Source of the DNA: Dehalococcoidia bacterium | Lineage (GTDB): Bacteria > Chloroflexota > Dehalococcoidia > Lucifugimonadales > CAUZJF01 | Assembly: GCA_965237635.1 (NCBI GenBank) | Contig: CBDEFX010000002.1 | Span: 1,983,432-2,047,431, forward strand | Length of the DNA stretch: 64,000 nucleotides | Direction of reading: 5' to 3' | In this document: positions 36,388 through 45,785 of the stretch, in pieces | How the letters are laid out: each line of letters opens with the position of its first letter | Numbering within the stretch: position 1 is the first letter of the stretch | The notes under the pieces: model-generated | What the model was told of the DNA's origin: nothing | The model's input: only the letters and a program-made list of their open reading frames with translations | The model's database searches: none | Translations under genes and position numbers: made by a program

Positions 36388-37416
36388 CTATGGGTAGAGC
36401 GCCGGTTGCCCCAGGCCCTCTTCCTCGGGAAGCGCGAACATCAAGTTCATGTTCTGCACTGCCTGGCCCGCCGCGCCCTTGACCAGGTTGTCGATACAGC
36501 TTACCACGACGAGCCGCCCGGCACGTTCGTCCACCGTGGGGTAAACCAAGCACATATTAGAACCAGTGGTCTGCTTGGTCTGGGGTGGAGTGTCTGAAAC
36601 GTGCACAAAGGGCTCGCCGGCGTAGAACTCCCGGTAGATTTCTCTGACATTCTGGGTGCGCATCGTTTCGTCTTGCAACGGCGCATAGCATGTTGCCAGA
36701 ATGCCCCTGGCCATGGGAACGCGATGTGGAATGAAGGTGACCCTGGCGTCCTCGGCCTCCCTTAGCGCTGCCAATTCTTGGGCGATCTCCGGCTGGTGGC
36801 CGTGGCCGTCCAGACCATACGCGACAACGTTCTCATTGGCCTCGGCAAAATGGTCCTTCGAGTTGGTCGCCAGTCCTCCCCTGCCGGCGCCCGAAATACC
36901 GGTCTTGGCGTCTACGACAACGTCGTCGACTATCAGTCCTTCTCGCACCGCCGGGGCCAACGCCAGAATAGCCGCCTCAGGGAAGCAGCCCGGGTTGGCC
37001 ACCAGCGTGGCCCGCCTGACTTTATCCCTGTGGACCTCCGGCAGCCCATAGACAGCCCGCTCCAGCAAGTGAGGAGCGGGATGGTCAACGTTGTACGCGC
37101 GCTTGAACTCCGCCGGATTATGCAGGCGGAAGTCAGCCGCGATATCGACAACCTTCACACCGTCATCTACGACCGACGCGATCGTCTCCGCGCTGGCACC
37201 GCTGGGCAGGGCTGAGAAGACAACGTCCACAGAGTCCTCGATCGACTTTGTGATGGGAAGGTCCAGCTGCCACAAGTGGGGAAAGACCTCAGGCAGACGC
37301 TTACCGGCCGCGCTCCGACCGGTCACGGAGGTAACCTCAGCTTCCTGGTGTCGATGTAAGATGCGAGCAAGCTCCGCGCCGGCGTAGCCTGTCACGTTTA
37401 TGATACCGACCTTCAC
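36388..37416 (-). CDS. argC: N-acetyl-gamma-glutamyl-phosphate reductase
   Basis: MKVGIINVTGYAGAEL and the active-site segment LVANPGCFPEAAIL. Length 342 aa. Confidence 0.9.
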   Translation of the reverse strand: MKVGIINVTGYAGAELARILHRHQEAEVTSVTGRSAAGKRLPEVFPHLWQLDLPITKSIEDSVDVVFSALPSGASAETIASVVDDGVKVVDIAADFRLHNPAEFKRAYNVDHPAPHLLERAVYGLPEVHRDKVRRATLVANPGCFPEAAILALAPAVREGLIVDDVVVDAKTGISGAGRGGLATNSKDHFAEANENVVAYGLDGHGHQPEIAQELAALREAEDARVTFIPHRVPMARGILATCYAPLQDETMRTQNVREIYREFYAGEPFVHVSDTPPQTKQTTGSNMCLVYPTVDERAGRLVVVSCIDNLVKGAAGQAVQNMNLMFALPEEEGLGQPALYP

Positions 37417-37551
37417 GTTTGAACCCTACCTTGGCCCGAGACTCGTTTGCAGATATGTCGGCCTGAACCAGACCGTAAGCCGACGTCGCCCTGCGGTGGT
37501 TCGCACAAGTATAACTCTCCTCTCGGCCGCCCAACAAGGACGATGCTACAC

Positions 37552-38277
37552 TCACTGATTCTGGCGTGGAGCCAAAAAGCGGTCACGCGACGGGCAGCCC
37601 CAAGCCAGCACGCAGCGGTCACACCTGGGGCGCAAGGCCTTGCAGACGCGCCGTCCGTGATGGATGAGGCACAGGTGGAAGGAGAAGACATCCTCTGGGG
37701 CCACCGTCTGTTCGAGTATGTCATGGGCCTTGTCGGCGCTGACCTTGTCACCTATGAACTTAAGCCGCTTGGCGACCCGGTAGATGTGTGTGTCTACCGG
37801 CATCGCAGGCATCCCCAGAGAGAAGCAAAGGATAACCGCCGCGGTCTTTGGACCAACCCCGTCGAGTTTCTTGAGCCATGACTTAGCCTCGTCGAGTGGC
37901 ATCTCGGCCAGGAATGAGAGATCGAAGGAGCCGACCTCTTCCAGGACCTGGTTGAGGACCGTTTTGATCCGTACCGCCTTGATCCTGAAGAGACCCGCCG
38001 AGCGAATTGCGCTCTCTATCTGATCAGTCTCGGCTGCTGCAATGGCTTCGAGGGAGCCGAAGCTCTCCATCAGATGCTGAAAGGCCCGTCCTGAATTGAT
38101 GTCAGAGGTGTGCTGGGACAGGATCGTGTAGACTAGCTCAGAGGCGGGATCGTATCTCGGGCTCCACTCGAACGGCCCGTACTCCTTGCCGAGCAGACCG
38201 AGAACGTCCTTCGGCGAGATGCGCGACTTTCGGCCACGGGACCCGGATTTCGCCATAGGCAGTCCCTGATCGGTCAT
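37552..38277 (-). CDS. nth: Endonuclease III (HhH-GPD DNA glycosylase with a 4Fe-4S cluster)
   Basis: HhH segment LDGVGPKTAAVILCFSLGMPAMPVDTHIYRV. C-terminal CKALRPRCDRCVLAWGC fits C-x6-C-x2-C-x5-C. Confidence 0.85.
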   Translation of the reverse strand: MTDQGLPMAKSGSRGRKSRISPKDVLGLLGKEYGPFEWSPRYDPASELVYTILSQHTSDINSGRAFQHLMESFGSLEAIAAAETDQIESAIRSAGLFRIKAVRIKTVLNQVLEEVGSFDLSFLAEMPLDEAKSWLKKLDGVGPKTAAVILCFSLGMPAMPVDTHIYRVAKRLKFIGDKVSADKAHDILEQTVAPEDVFSFHLCLIHHGRRVCKALRPRCDRCVLAWGCPSRDRFLAPRQNQ

Positions 38278-38470
38278 TCAGTTAGTCTTGCGGCCGCGCC
38301 AGAATGTCCACCAGTCCAACCGGCCCAAAAAGATTATCACACATCAAGTCCGCCACTCACTGTAAAATGTTTATAGACCTGGACTGCCGGACGGCTTGCG
38401 ATGTGCTAGAATCGCGAGCCACACCAGCCCAGCCGCGATGACCCACTGACCAGCCAAAAGGTGACTGGCT

Positions 38471-39394
38471 TTGGTATCCAACGACATCCTAAAGGAGCTA
38501 GCGGACACGGAGGAGCCGCTGAAGTACTCAAGGCTGCTCCAGCTTTCCGGCCTGTCCTCGGAGGAGCTGGCTGATTTCAAGCCAGAATGGTCCTCGGTCC
38601 CCGGGACTAGAAAGCACGAGATCCTTGCGAAGCTCGTGGAGCTCTCTGAGAACAACCTGGGGTTCGATTTTAGCGGCGTGTTCAGAGTTTCGCTAGACGA
38701 CACCGATGAGCATGTCAGGGAGAAGGCCACCCTTGGCCTTTGGGAGAGCGATGACAGGGCTGTCATCCGCCCGCTAATCAGCCTACTGAACGACGACCCC
38801 TCGGCCAAGGTGAGGGCGGCAGCCGGCTTAACCCTGAGAAAGTTCGCGGCTTTGGCCCAGAGCCGCAAGCTCCTTCCACGCGACGCCGAAAGAGTCCAGC
38901 AAGCGTTGATGGCCGCCATCAGCCGAGACGCCGAGGACCTGGAGGTCAGGAGACGCGCCATAGAGGCGGTAGCGTACTTCGAGCACCCTGAGATCGACGA
39001 CATAATTCGGGAAGCCTACGCCAGTGACAACCCGAGACTGAAACAAAGCTCACTGTATGCGATGGGACAGAGCTCCAATGCTGAGTGGCTGACCATCGTG
39101 ATTGAAGAAACGAAGAACGAGGACCCCGCCATTCGTTACGAGGCGGTCACCGCATGCGGACTATTGGGCGAGGAGTCCAATGTTCCACACCTGGTCCATC
39201 TCATCCAAGACGAGGACCTGCAGGTCCAGCTAGCGGCACTTAAGGCGCTCGGGGAAATCGGTGGGCCTCTTGCTAAACGCGCCCTTCAGCAGTCCATCAA
39301 GATGGGCGAAGAAGCACTGAACGAAGTAGCGCGGGACGCCCTCACCAGCATCGAGTTCGACGAAGACCCTCTGGGCTTCAAGTCCAAGGAGTGA
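38471..39394 (+). CDS. HEAT-repeat protein
   Basis: Repeated D..(V/I)R..A...LG modules (DEHVREKATLGLW, DPSAKVRAAAGLTL, DLEVRRRAIEAVAY, DPAIRYEAVTACGLLG, DLQVQLAALKALGEIG). TTG start. Confidence 0.7.
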   Translation: MVSNDILKELADTEEPLKYSRLLQLSGLSSEELADFKPEWSSVPGTRKHEILAKLVELSENNLGFDFSGVFRVSLDDTDEHVREKATLGLWESDDRAVIRPLISLLNDDPSAKVRAAAGLTLRKFAALAQSRKLLPRDAERVQQALMAAISRDAEDLEVRRRAIEAVAYFEHPEIDDIIREAYASDNPRLKQSSLYAMGQSSNAEWLTIVIEETKNEDPAIRYEAVTACGLLGEESNVPHLVHLIQDEDLQVQLAALKALGEIGGPLAKRALQQSIKMGEEALNEVARDALTSIEFDEDPLGFKSKE

Positions 39395-39447
39395 CAGTGG
39401 CAGACCAGCCTCGACTGGGACCAAGAACCGCTGCATAACCAGGATGG

Positions 39448-39693
39448 TCAGGGCGGTGTGGCGGTCGGTTTCCGCACAGTCAAGGTTGGCAGCAAGTCCC
39501 TCACGGCTTCGCTTGAGATGGCTAGCCCGACTCCTTCGATGTCCCTGCCGCTCTGTTGGTTCACTCTGATCGTGTTGATTCCCACGACGTTCCCTGAAAC
39601 GTCTATCAACGGGCCGCCTGTCAAGGGCGGAGGGATATTAGGCCATGCGGCGGAGTAAAAGTGTACCACCGGGACGTTGGTGTTCAGCATAAA
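39448..39693 (-). pseudogene. C-terminal fragment of a trypsin-like (HtrA/S1C-like) protease, cut by the IS21 end
   Basis: TGGPLIDVSGNVVGINTIRV......GVGLAISSEAVRDLLPTL resembles the region around and after the catalytic Ser of S1C proteases. The GNSGG Ser box itself reads PLTGG. The ORF's first 3 codons lie in IS21 DNA. Confidence 0.5.
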
Positions 39694-39749
39694 TGTCACC
39701 ATGCGGCGGGCGTCAGGAGGATCCGTTAGCTGGAGTGAATGCGGCGGGT

Positions 39750-40532
39750 CTATGCGTCAGCAGGGTCGCTGGCAGCGCGCACGGGAGCGGCTTGCCTACT
39801 CTGTTTGAGGCGGTAGCTCTCCCCGTTCATCTCCAGGATGTGAACGCGGTGAGTGAGACGGTCCAGCAGGGCGCCGGTCAGCCTCTCAGAGCCGAAGACC
39901 TCGGTCCACTCGTCAAAGGGCAGGTTGGTGGTGACCAGAACCGAACCTCTCTCGTATCTCTGACTGAAGACCTCGAAGAGGAGCTCCGCGCCGGTCTTGG
40001 AGAGTGGGACGAAGCCAAGCTCGTCGATGATGAGCAGCTTGAGGCGGGCCAGCTTCTTCTGAAGGTTGAGTAGTCGTCGCTCGTCCCTGGCCTCGATCAG
40101 CTCGTGGACCAGCGAGGCGGCGGTGGTGAAGCCGACCGACAGCCCCCTCTGGCAGGCGGCGAGCCCCAGGCCGAGGGCGACATGGGTCTTGCCGGTGCCG
40201 CTGTTGCCGATAGCGATGACGTTCTCCCGCCGGTCTACGTACTCGCAGCGTGCAAGCTGCATGACCAGGTGCTTGTTCACCGACGGCATGGCCAGGAAGT
40301 CGAAGGTGTCGAGGCTCTTGGTGGCAGGGAAGCGTGCAGCCTTGATCCTGCGGTCCACCATGCGGTGATGGCGGTCTATCATCTCAAGCTCAGAGAGCCT
40401 CAGCAGGTAGCCTGGATGGTCGACGCCCTCGGCAGCGCACTGGCCGGCCACCTTGCCGTACTCTCTCAGGAAGGTAGGCAGCTTCAGCTCCTTGAGGTGG
40501 TGCTCCAACAGCACCGTCGATCGCTCGCTCAC
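39750..40532 (-). CDS. istB: IS21-family helper ATPase IstB
   Basis: Walker A NVIAIGNSGTGKTHVALGLG and Walker B LLIIDELGF. The GTG start overlaps the istA stop (GTGA). The track start at 40652 is an extension. Confidence 0.9.
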   Translation of the reverse strand: MSERSTVLLEHHLKELKLPTFLREYGKVAGQCAAEGVDHPGYLLRLSELEMIDRHHRMVDRRIKAARFPATKSLDTFDFLAMPSVNKHLVMQLARCEYVDRRENVIAIGNSGTGKTHVALGLGLAACQRGLSVGFTTAASLVHELIEARDERRLLNLQKKLARLKLLIIDELGFVPLSKTGAELLFEVFSQRYERGSVLVTTNLPFDEWTEVFGSERLTGALLDRLTHRVHILEMNGESYRLKQSRQAAPVRAASDPADA

Positions 40533-41554
40533 CGCCTGCTCCCAGACATGAGCGCCATGTAGTCGCTGGCCGACGTCTTCGTCACGGTAACCCTGGGCAG
40601 GTAGGGGTACAGCTCCAGGTCGAGTCTCTGGGGACGACCCTCTATCCTGCACAGCACCAGGTGTTTGATGGCGTCGAAGCTTATGGCCCCGAGCCTGAGG
40701 GCATCGCGCACACCCTCGTACACCTCCTGCGTCCGGAAGTTCTCCATCAGCCGCAGCACCTGTACGAACTCCCGCTTGCCGCGCCTGCCCATCCTCGACT
40801 CCAGCAGACGCCTCAGCACTCCGAACTCATCCGGCAACTCCCACCCGGCCAAAGGAGCAGCCTGGTCCAGCGCTCCCGTCTTGCGCTCCAGCAGCGGCAG
40901 GTAGTGGATGGGGTCGAACACGAAGTCGTCGCGTTCGTATGAGCGAGGATGCCGGGCTATCACCTCTGCCCCGTTGCTGATCACCACCTCGCCCACATAG
41001 CCGCGCACCACCACCTCCCTGTGACCGTAGGCCACGGGCACCGAGTAGTCGTTGGTCCGGTACCGCACCAGGGACAGGGAGCTGACACGGCTCACGTGCT
41101 TGTCGCTGGCATCGTAGGGCACGGCGGGGAGCGCCAGCAGGGTCTCCAGGTCACGCTCCATCCGCTGGCCTATCGTCTCGTTGTGTCCACGCAGCTGTCT
41201 CCCCAGCCGTTCCAGGCACCGCTCCTCCAGGTAGGCGTTGAGGGCATCGAAGCTCGGGAACGACGGCACAGGCACCAGGAAGTTCCGGCGAGCATATCCC
41301 ACCAGCCCCTCGACCTTGCCCTTGTCGTTACCCTTGCCGGGCCGGCCGAACCGATCCTCGAACAGGTAGTGCGACACCAGCTCCGAGAAGACGCGGGTAC
41401 GCTTCCTTCGACCGTCTCCCAGGATCCTGGCCACCGCCAGTCTCATGTTGTCGTACAGGATGCTCCGGGGCACGCCGCCCAGGAATGAGAACGCCGAGAC
41501 GTGACCGTCGCAGAACGCCTCGGTCGTCTCTGCGGGGTAGACTTTGACGAAGCA
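40529..41554 (-). pseudogene. istA: IS21-family transposase IstA, C-terminal part
   Basis: CFVKVYPAETTEAFCDGHVSAFSFLGGVPRSILYDNMRLAV...GKGNDKGKVEGLVGYARRNF continues the N-terminal part at 43539-44016. Confidence 0.85.
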
Positions 41555-43538
41555 TGATTCCCTCGCAAAAAGGCCTGTTTGAGATGAACCCTGACGTGCG
41601 AAGGGGCCTGGAAGGGAGGAGGCCACGGGATGCCGGCTGCTGGCCTCACCGCACCATCTGCCGCGCTCAGGACAAGCGTGATCCCGTTGCGGTACCCCTT
41701 CCGTGGCTCAGGGCACCCGGTGGAAGCTGTGGAGCGGCGCCCTCATGCGGCCGCGACCGCAGGTACCGTCCCGACCGCCCGCTGAGCCGTGTTCTCCATC
41801 TCCACCAGGCGTGCATGGACCATCCGCTTGAAGTTACACGCCAACGCCTTCAGGTAGACGGCAAGCCGCACCCGACGGCCCCCTCGCACCCGCAAGCGCC
41901 CAAGCCCGTGGGCGCGCTTCAGCTCGGAGTTCGTTCCCTCGATACCAGCCCTTATGGCATACCGCTTGCGCCACTCCTCGGTGGCCTCGGCCCTCCGGCG
42001 CCGCTCGATGTTCACCTTCACCAGGTCCGCCTTGAGAACGTAGTCCCCCGCACGCCGGTCCAGCTTCACTGGGCAACGGGACCGCAAGGGGCAGGGCTCG
42101 CATGTTGTCCCGGCAAAGTGGACCTCTACCCGCTCCGGCGCATCCTCCAACTCGTACTCCTCGATGGACGGGTAGCCGGCGGGGCACACCGTGGCCTGCT
42201 CCCCTATGACGTCGATCTGGAAGTCCGCGGCGGTGAGCGGCGGTGGTCCGTCACGCTCTCCTTCGTGCGAGTTCCCCGGCGCCGACCCCGCCACCGGGCT
42301 CACCAGTTCCGTTCCCCGGCGCGAGGCTTCGAAGGCATTGCGGCCCGACCCATACGCCGTGTCGACGAAGAGCTCGTCCGGTCGGACCTTCCGCTCCGCG
42401 AGCTCGTCAACGACCGGCACGCTCACGTCGGTGTCGCTCCCACTCGAGGGGGTCACCTCCACGTGGGTGATGAGCTGGGTGACGTTCTCCTCGTGGCAGG
42501 TCTCCGCCACCTGCACCTCGTACCCCTTCCCCTTGTGGCCGCTGTAGGTCACATCCGGGTCGTGGGGCGATTGCAGCGAGTCGGCGGACACCTGCTTCGG
42601 GTCCTTCAAGGCCACGGGCACCTTGCATTCCCCAGCATCGTCGTCATCGTCCCCCGGGCGCCCGTCCCGGTGTTTGCCCACATGGCACTGCTCCCGCAGC
42701 AGCCGCTCCAGCAGCCGGTACTCCTCCAGCTGGGCAGCAGTCGTGCCACGGAACCGGTCCACCAGCCGGTAGAGGTCCCAGGCACAGACCGAAAAGCGTC
42801 GCCGACCCTCCCCCGTGTGGGCGTCCTCGTAGTGGGTCGCCTCGTCTTCTTCCTTCAAATAGCGCCCCAGGAGGCCCTCCGGAACCACAGGGCGAAGCTC
42901 TGGGTGCTCCCAGCGCAAGGCCCGCAGGAACAACCGCATCGTCTCACAGAACAGGCCCAGCCGGGTGAGTGTGGCGATGTTGCTCATGATGTGGGTGGAG
43001 TCCAGCCGTTGCTTTCCGGTGCGTATGCCCAGCGCCTGGATGATCCGGTCCGTGGTCTCCTGGAAAGCCAGCCGGCCACCATCGTGCTGCATCAGGCGAA
43101 CTCGGAAGTTGTGGAGGGTCTTCTGGGGCAGGTGGGTCTCCTCGATGTCCAGCCGCAGGGCGTGGTGCCAGAGCAGGTTGAACTCTAGCTGCTCCAGGGC
43201 TTCACCGTCGGTGAGGTTGAACATCTCTTTGAGAAGGTGGACCCCGAGGACGGTCTGCACCGCTCGGTTGGGACGGCCGTTGTCCGCGCAGTACATCGGA
43301 GCAAAGAGCTCCTCGTCAATCAGGGGGAGCGCCTCGTTTCGGAAAACCTCGGCCCAACTCCCCTCCAGGCGCTTAGCCTTCTTCGGCGTCACCAGGAACT
43401 GGGACTGCCAGAGGCTCTCTTGCGGGTCTCGCGCTCGGAACATGCTCCCCTCCCTCGCCCGGGCGCTGCCCCAACGCCCCTTCCCCACATTATCCTCCCA
43501 TTGCCCCCGGAGGACGAGGGGTTTTTACGAGGGAATCA
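41555..43538 (-). mobile_element. IS1182/IS5-like insertion sequence nested in istA
   Basis: Terminal inverted repeats TGATTCCCTCG(C/T)AAAAA (41555-; reverse complement ending at 43538). Flanking tetramers are AGCA (41551-54) and AGCT (43539-42). Removing the element and one tetramer restores istA as ...HSDASFVKVYP. Confidence 0.8.
41743..43488 (-). CDS. DDE transposase (DUF772-type N-terminus; IS1182/IS5 superfamily)
   Basis: FAPMYCADNGRPNRAVQTVLGVHLLKEMFNLTDGEALEQLEFNLLWHHALRLD is a DUF772-like N-terminal domain, and the C-terminal RYAIRAGIEGTNSELKRAHGLGRLRVRG is typical of this superfamily. The probable start is MFRARDPQ at 43443. Confidence 0.75.
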   Translation of the reverse strand: MGKGRWGSARAREGSMFRARDPQESLWQSQFLVTPKKAKRLEGSWAEVFRNEALPLIDEELFAPMYCADNGRPNRAVQTVLGVHLLKEMFNLTDGEALEQLEFNLLWHHALRLDIEETHLPQKTLHNFRVRLMQHDGGRLAFQETTDRIIQALGIRTGKQRLDSTHIMSNIATLTRLGLFCETMRLFLRALRWEHPELRPVVPEGLLGRYLKEEDEATHYEDAHTGEGRRRFSVCAWDLYRLVDRFRGTTAAQLEEYRLLERLLREQCHVGKHRDGRPGDDDDDAGECKVPVALKDPKQVSADSLQSPHDPDVTYSGHKGKGYEVQVAETCHEENVTQLITHVEVTPSSGSDTDVSVPVVDELAERKVRPDELFVDTAYGSGRNAFEASRRGTELVSPVAGSAPGNSHEGERDGPPPLTAADFQIDVIGEQATVCPAGYPSIEEYELEDAPERVEVHFAGTTCEPCPLRSRCPVKLDRRAGDYVLKADLVKVNIERRRRAEATEEWRKRYAIRAGIEGTNSELKRAHGLGRLRVRGGRRVRLAVYLKALACNFKRMVHARLVEMENTAQRAVGTVPAVAAA

Positions 43539-44016
43539 AGCTTGCGTCGCTGTGGGGAAGGTCCAGCACGAAGTAGTGGATGGTCTGCTCCACTCCGCCG
43601 ATCACCGCCTTGGCCTGGCCGAAGTCGCACTGGGCGTGACCGGGAGGGTGAGACAGCGGAACGTACATCTCACGCGTCCGCCGCCGCCGCTCGCGCACGT
43701 AGTCTTTGACTATCGTGTACTTGCCACTGAACCTGTGCTCAGCTCTCAGACGCTCGTAGATCCGCTTCGCGGTGTGGCGCTGCTTCTTCGGAAGACTGCG
43801 GTCATCCTCCAGTATCCGGTCGATCACCCCGCGGTACGGGTCCAGCTTGGGGCGGCGGGGCGGTGACTCCCGACGGTAACCGGGAGGCACCGAGTACTCC
43901 AGCATCTTGCGCACCGTATCCCGGTGCAGACCGAACACTCGGGCAGCCTCCCGCGTGCTCATCCCCTCCACCATGCAGACCCGGCGCACTCGCACGTACA
44001 GATCCACCTTGTACAT
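43539..44016 (-). pseudogene. istA: IS21-family transposase IstA, N-terminal part (HTH)
   Basis: MYKVDLYVRVRRVCMVEGMSTREAARVFGLHRDTVRKML...HAQCDFGQAKAVIGGVEQTIHYFVLDLPHSDA, then the junction. Confidence 0.85.
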
Positions 44017-44160
44017 CCTTCACACCTTCCATCGAGTTGCCTCCAACTCTATAGAAGGCGGCGGGTGGTCCAGTTTTCAAGCGCCACTCCTCAACGCTCG
44101 ACTCCGCCTCACCGGTCCATTATTACTCCGCCCTTTACACGCAGGAGCGGCACCGTCCTG

Positions 44161-44592
44161 ATGAAGGCATACACAACCCACAAAGAGGAATCCGAGGTGT
44201 TCTTGTCCTACAAGCGCGCCGACCAAGCCACTGCATTGATCTTGGCCAAGGGCCTTGATCAAAAGGGAAGACGGGTATTCATAGATGTCCACGACGACAC
44301 GCTGGCGCCGGGCCAGGAGGACTTGGACGACGCACTGTTGACTGCTATATCCAAGTCAGACACGATGGTAGTGATCGTCTCGGACGAAACCCAATGGTCA
44401 TGGTGGGTGCCTTGGGAGATTGGTGTCTCGACGCCCTTCCGCAAACCGAAGGCCATGTACAAGCCACAGACCGACAAACCATTGCCGACCTATCTTAAGA
44501 AGTTGCGGAGGTTGCGGAATTCATCGGAGGCCAATTTGTTGGTGTTCGCCCACAGTAAGCTCCGGTTGCCCGGTTCGGGGCACAGTCGGTGA
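44161..44592 (+). CDS. TIR-domain protein (short, stand-alone)
   Basis: 143 aa from ATG 44161. EVFLSYKRAD (beta-A FxSY), DTMVVIVSDETQWSWWVPWEIG (W..E with a candidate catalytic Glu). The track N-terminal extension to 43924 lies in IS21 DNA. Confidence 0.75.
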   Translation: MKAYTTHKEESEVFLSYKRADQATALILAKGLDQKGRRVFIDVHDDTLAPGQEDLDDALLTAISKSDTMVVIVSDETQWSWWVPWEIGVSTPFRKPKAMYKPQTDKPLPTYLKKLRRLRNSSEANLLVFAHSKLRLPGSGHSR

Positions 44593-44654
44593 CCGGATGC
44601 GTCGCGGCCGTCGGACCGCCAGACTTCAGATAGCAGCACTTCTATGAGAGGCGC

Positions 44655-45185
44655 ATGACAATGCCAAAGCTGGTCAACGTAAAGCTAGATCTGAAGTTGC
44701 CGGGAATCGGAGGGGTTGCCGGAACGTGGGAACCGGACGAATCCGAAGTGAGGGCAGCCTGGGAGCTGTATGTGGAAATGGCGACTCGGACTCCACTCGG
44801 TAGCTTCTCAACCCAAGAGGGGTCTCTGCGAGAAGCCCTGAACTCCATCTACTCGTTGTTCGACACCACAAGAGGCATCTTGAGGAAGTATGGACCAGGC
44901 GTGGCGCGGCCAAAGAGCGGCCATGAGATGTCCTTTGGGTACCTGGCTGTCTCGATGCTTAATCTGGTACTCCGTCCGCTTCTCACGGAGTGGCACCCCA
45001 AGCTTCGGAGCTGGGAACGAGACAATTCACACCTAGACGAAATCGAATGGGAGGAACGCAACGATTTCCTCAACGCGCTCAATGAAATCAGCGGTCAGCT
45101 TCGTCAGTACGCTGGTCTGTTCGCCGAAGTCGCAGATGTACCCGAACTGACAGAGAGTGGAGATGCGACGACAACAACGACATAA
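44655..45185 (+). CDS. Hypothetical helical protein between two TIR-type genes
   Basis: 176 aa with no TM segment. AAWELYVEMATRTPLG...LREALNSIYSLFDTTRGILRKYG... I recognise no family. Its 3' end overlaps the next ORF. Confidence 0.55.
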   Translation: MTMPKLVNVKLDLKLPGIGGVAGTWEPDESEVRAAWELYVEMATRTPLGSFSTQEGSLREALNSIYSLFDTTRGILRKYGPGVARPKSGHEMSFGYLAVSMLNLVLRPLLTEWHPKLRSWERDNSHLDEIEWEERNDFLNALNEISGQLRQYAGLFAEVADVPELTESGDATTTTT

Positions 45186-45717
45186 GGTATTCGTTAGCTA
45201 CCATCACGAGAACGACCAAGGGAGTCGTAACCGGTTCGAGAGACTGTTCGCCGAGGTATACGACATAACGGATTCGCGATCAGTAAAGATAGGCGCCATC
45301 CCCAACGGATTGACCCTCGATGAAATCAGCCGCCGTATCCGCGACGACTACCTAAGTGACTCTACAGTGACCGTGGTTCTCATAGGGAAAGATACATGGC
45401 GGAGGAAGCACGTCGACTGGGGAATCGCCGCAACGCTTCGCGGCACCGACGCCAATCCGAGATCAGGTCTGCTTGGCATTCTCCTGCCTACACACGCTTC
45501 CTACAATAGAGAAGACTACGATCCGTACACGATTCCACCACGACTCCACTACAACGTAGAATGTGGCTTTGCCGATTTGTATTCTTGGAGCGAATCGCCC
45601 GACGATGTGGCCGGCTGGGTACACAGGGCCTACAGGCGCAGAAGCACAGTCATTCCGGATAACTCCTCCGTCAGGTTCGCAAAGAACAGGAAGGGTCCAC
45701 GGTGGTACCTTCATTAA
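45163..45717 (+). CDS. DUF1863 / ThsB-type TIR-like domain protein
   Basis: HKVFVSYHHENDQ and TVTVVLIGKDTWRRKHVDWGIAATL fit the MTH538/ThsB-like pattern. The usual W-x-E glutamate position reads W-G-I. The start is ATG 45163 or GTG 45157. Confidence 0.65.
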   Translation: MRRQQRHKVFVSYHHENDQGSRNRFERLFAEVYDITDSRSVKIGAIPNGLTLDEISRRIRDDYLSDSTVTVVLIGKDTWRRKHVDWGIAATLRGTDANPRSGLLGILLPTHASYNREDYDPYTIPPRLHYNVECGFADLYSWSESPDDVAGWVHRAYRRRSTVIPDNSSVRFAKNRKGPRWYLH

Positions 45718-45785
45718 GGATGCGGTCGAACGTCGATAGTGCCGACAAACGATAGGTGCCCTCAATTTGAGGCTGGTCCCGAGAT

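Larger units (their letters stand above)
39694..44119 (-). mobile_element. IS21-family element (istA-istB) disrupted by a nested IS; about 2.45 kb without the insert
   Basis: The istB-side end begins TGTCACCATGCGGCGGGCGTCAGG (39694-) with a second ATGCGGCGGG copy at 39739-39748. The istA-side end reads, in reverse complement, TGGACCGGTGAGGCGGAGTCGAG (to ~44119), an imperfect match. The right boundary is uncertain by ~20 bp and no target duplication is seen. Confidence 0.7.

Noticed and set aside
39694-44119. Target-site duplications for the IS21 and IS3 elements
   Set aside because: I could not find matching direct repeats at the inferred ends (IS21: ...cataaa / ttatta...; IS3: ...cgacg / cctta...). 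Either the boundaries are slightly off or the insertions were followed by deletions. I do not claim TSDs.
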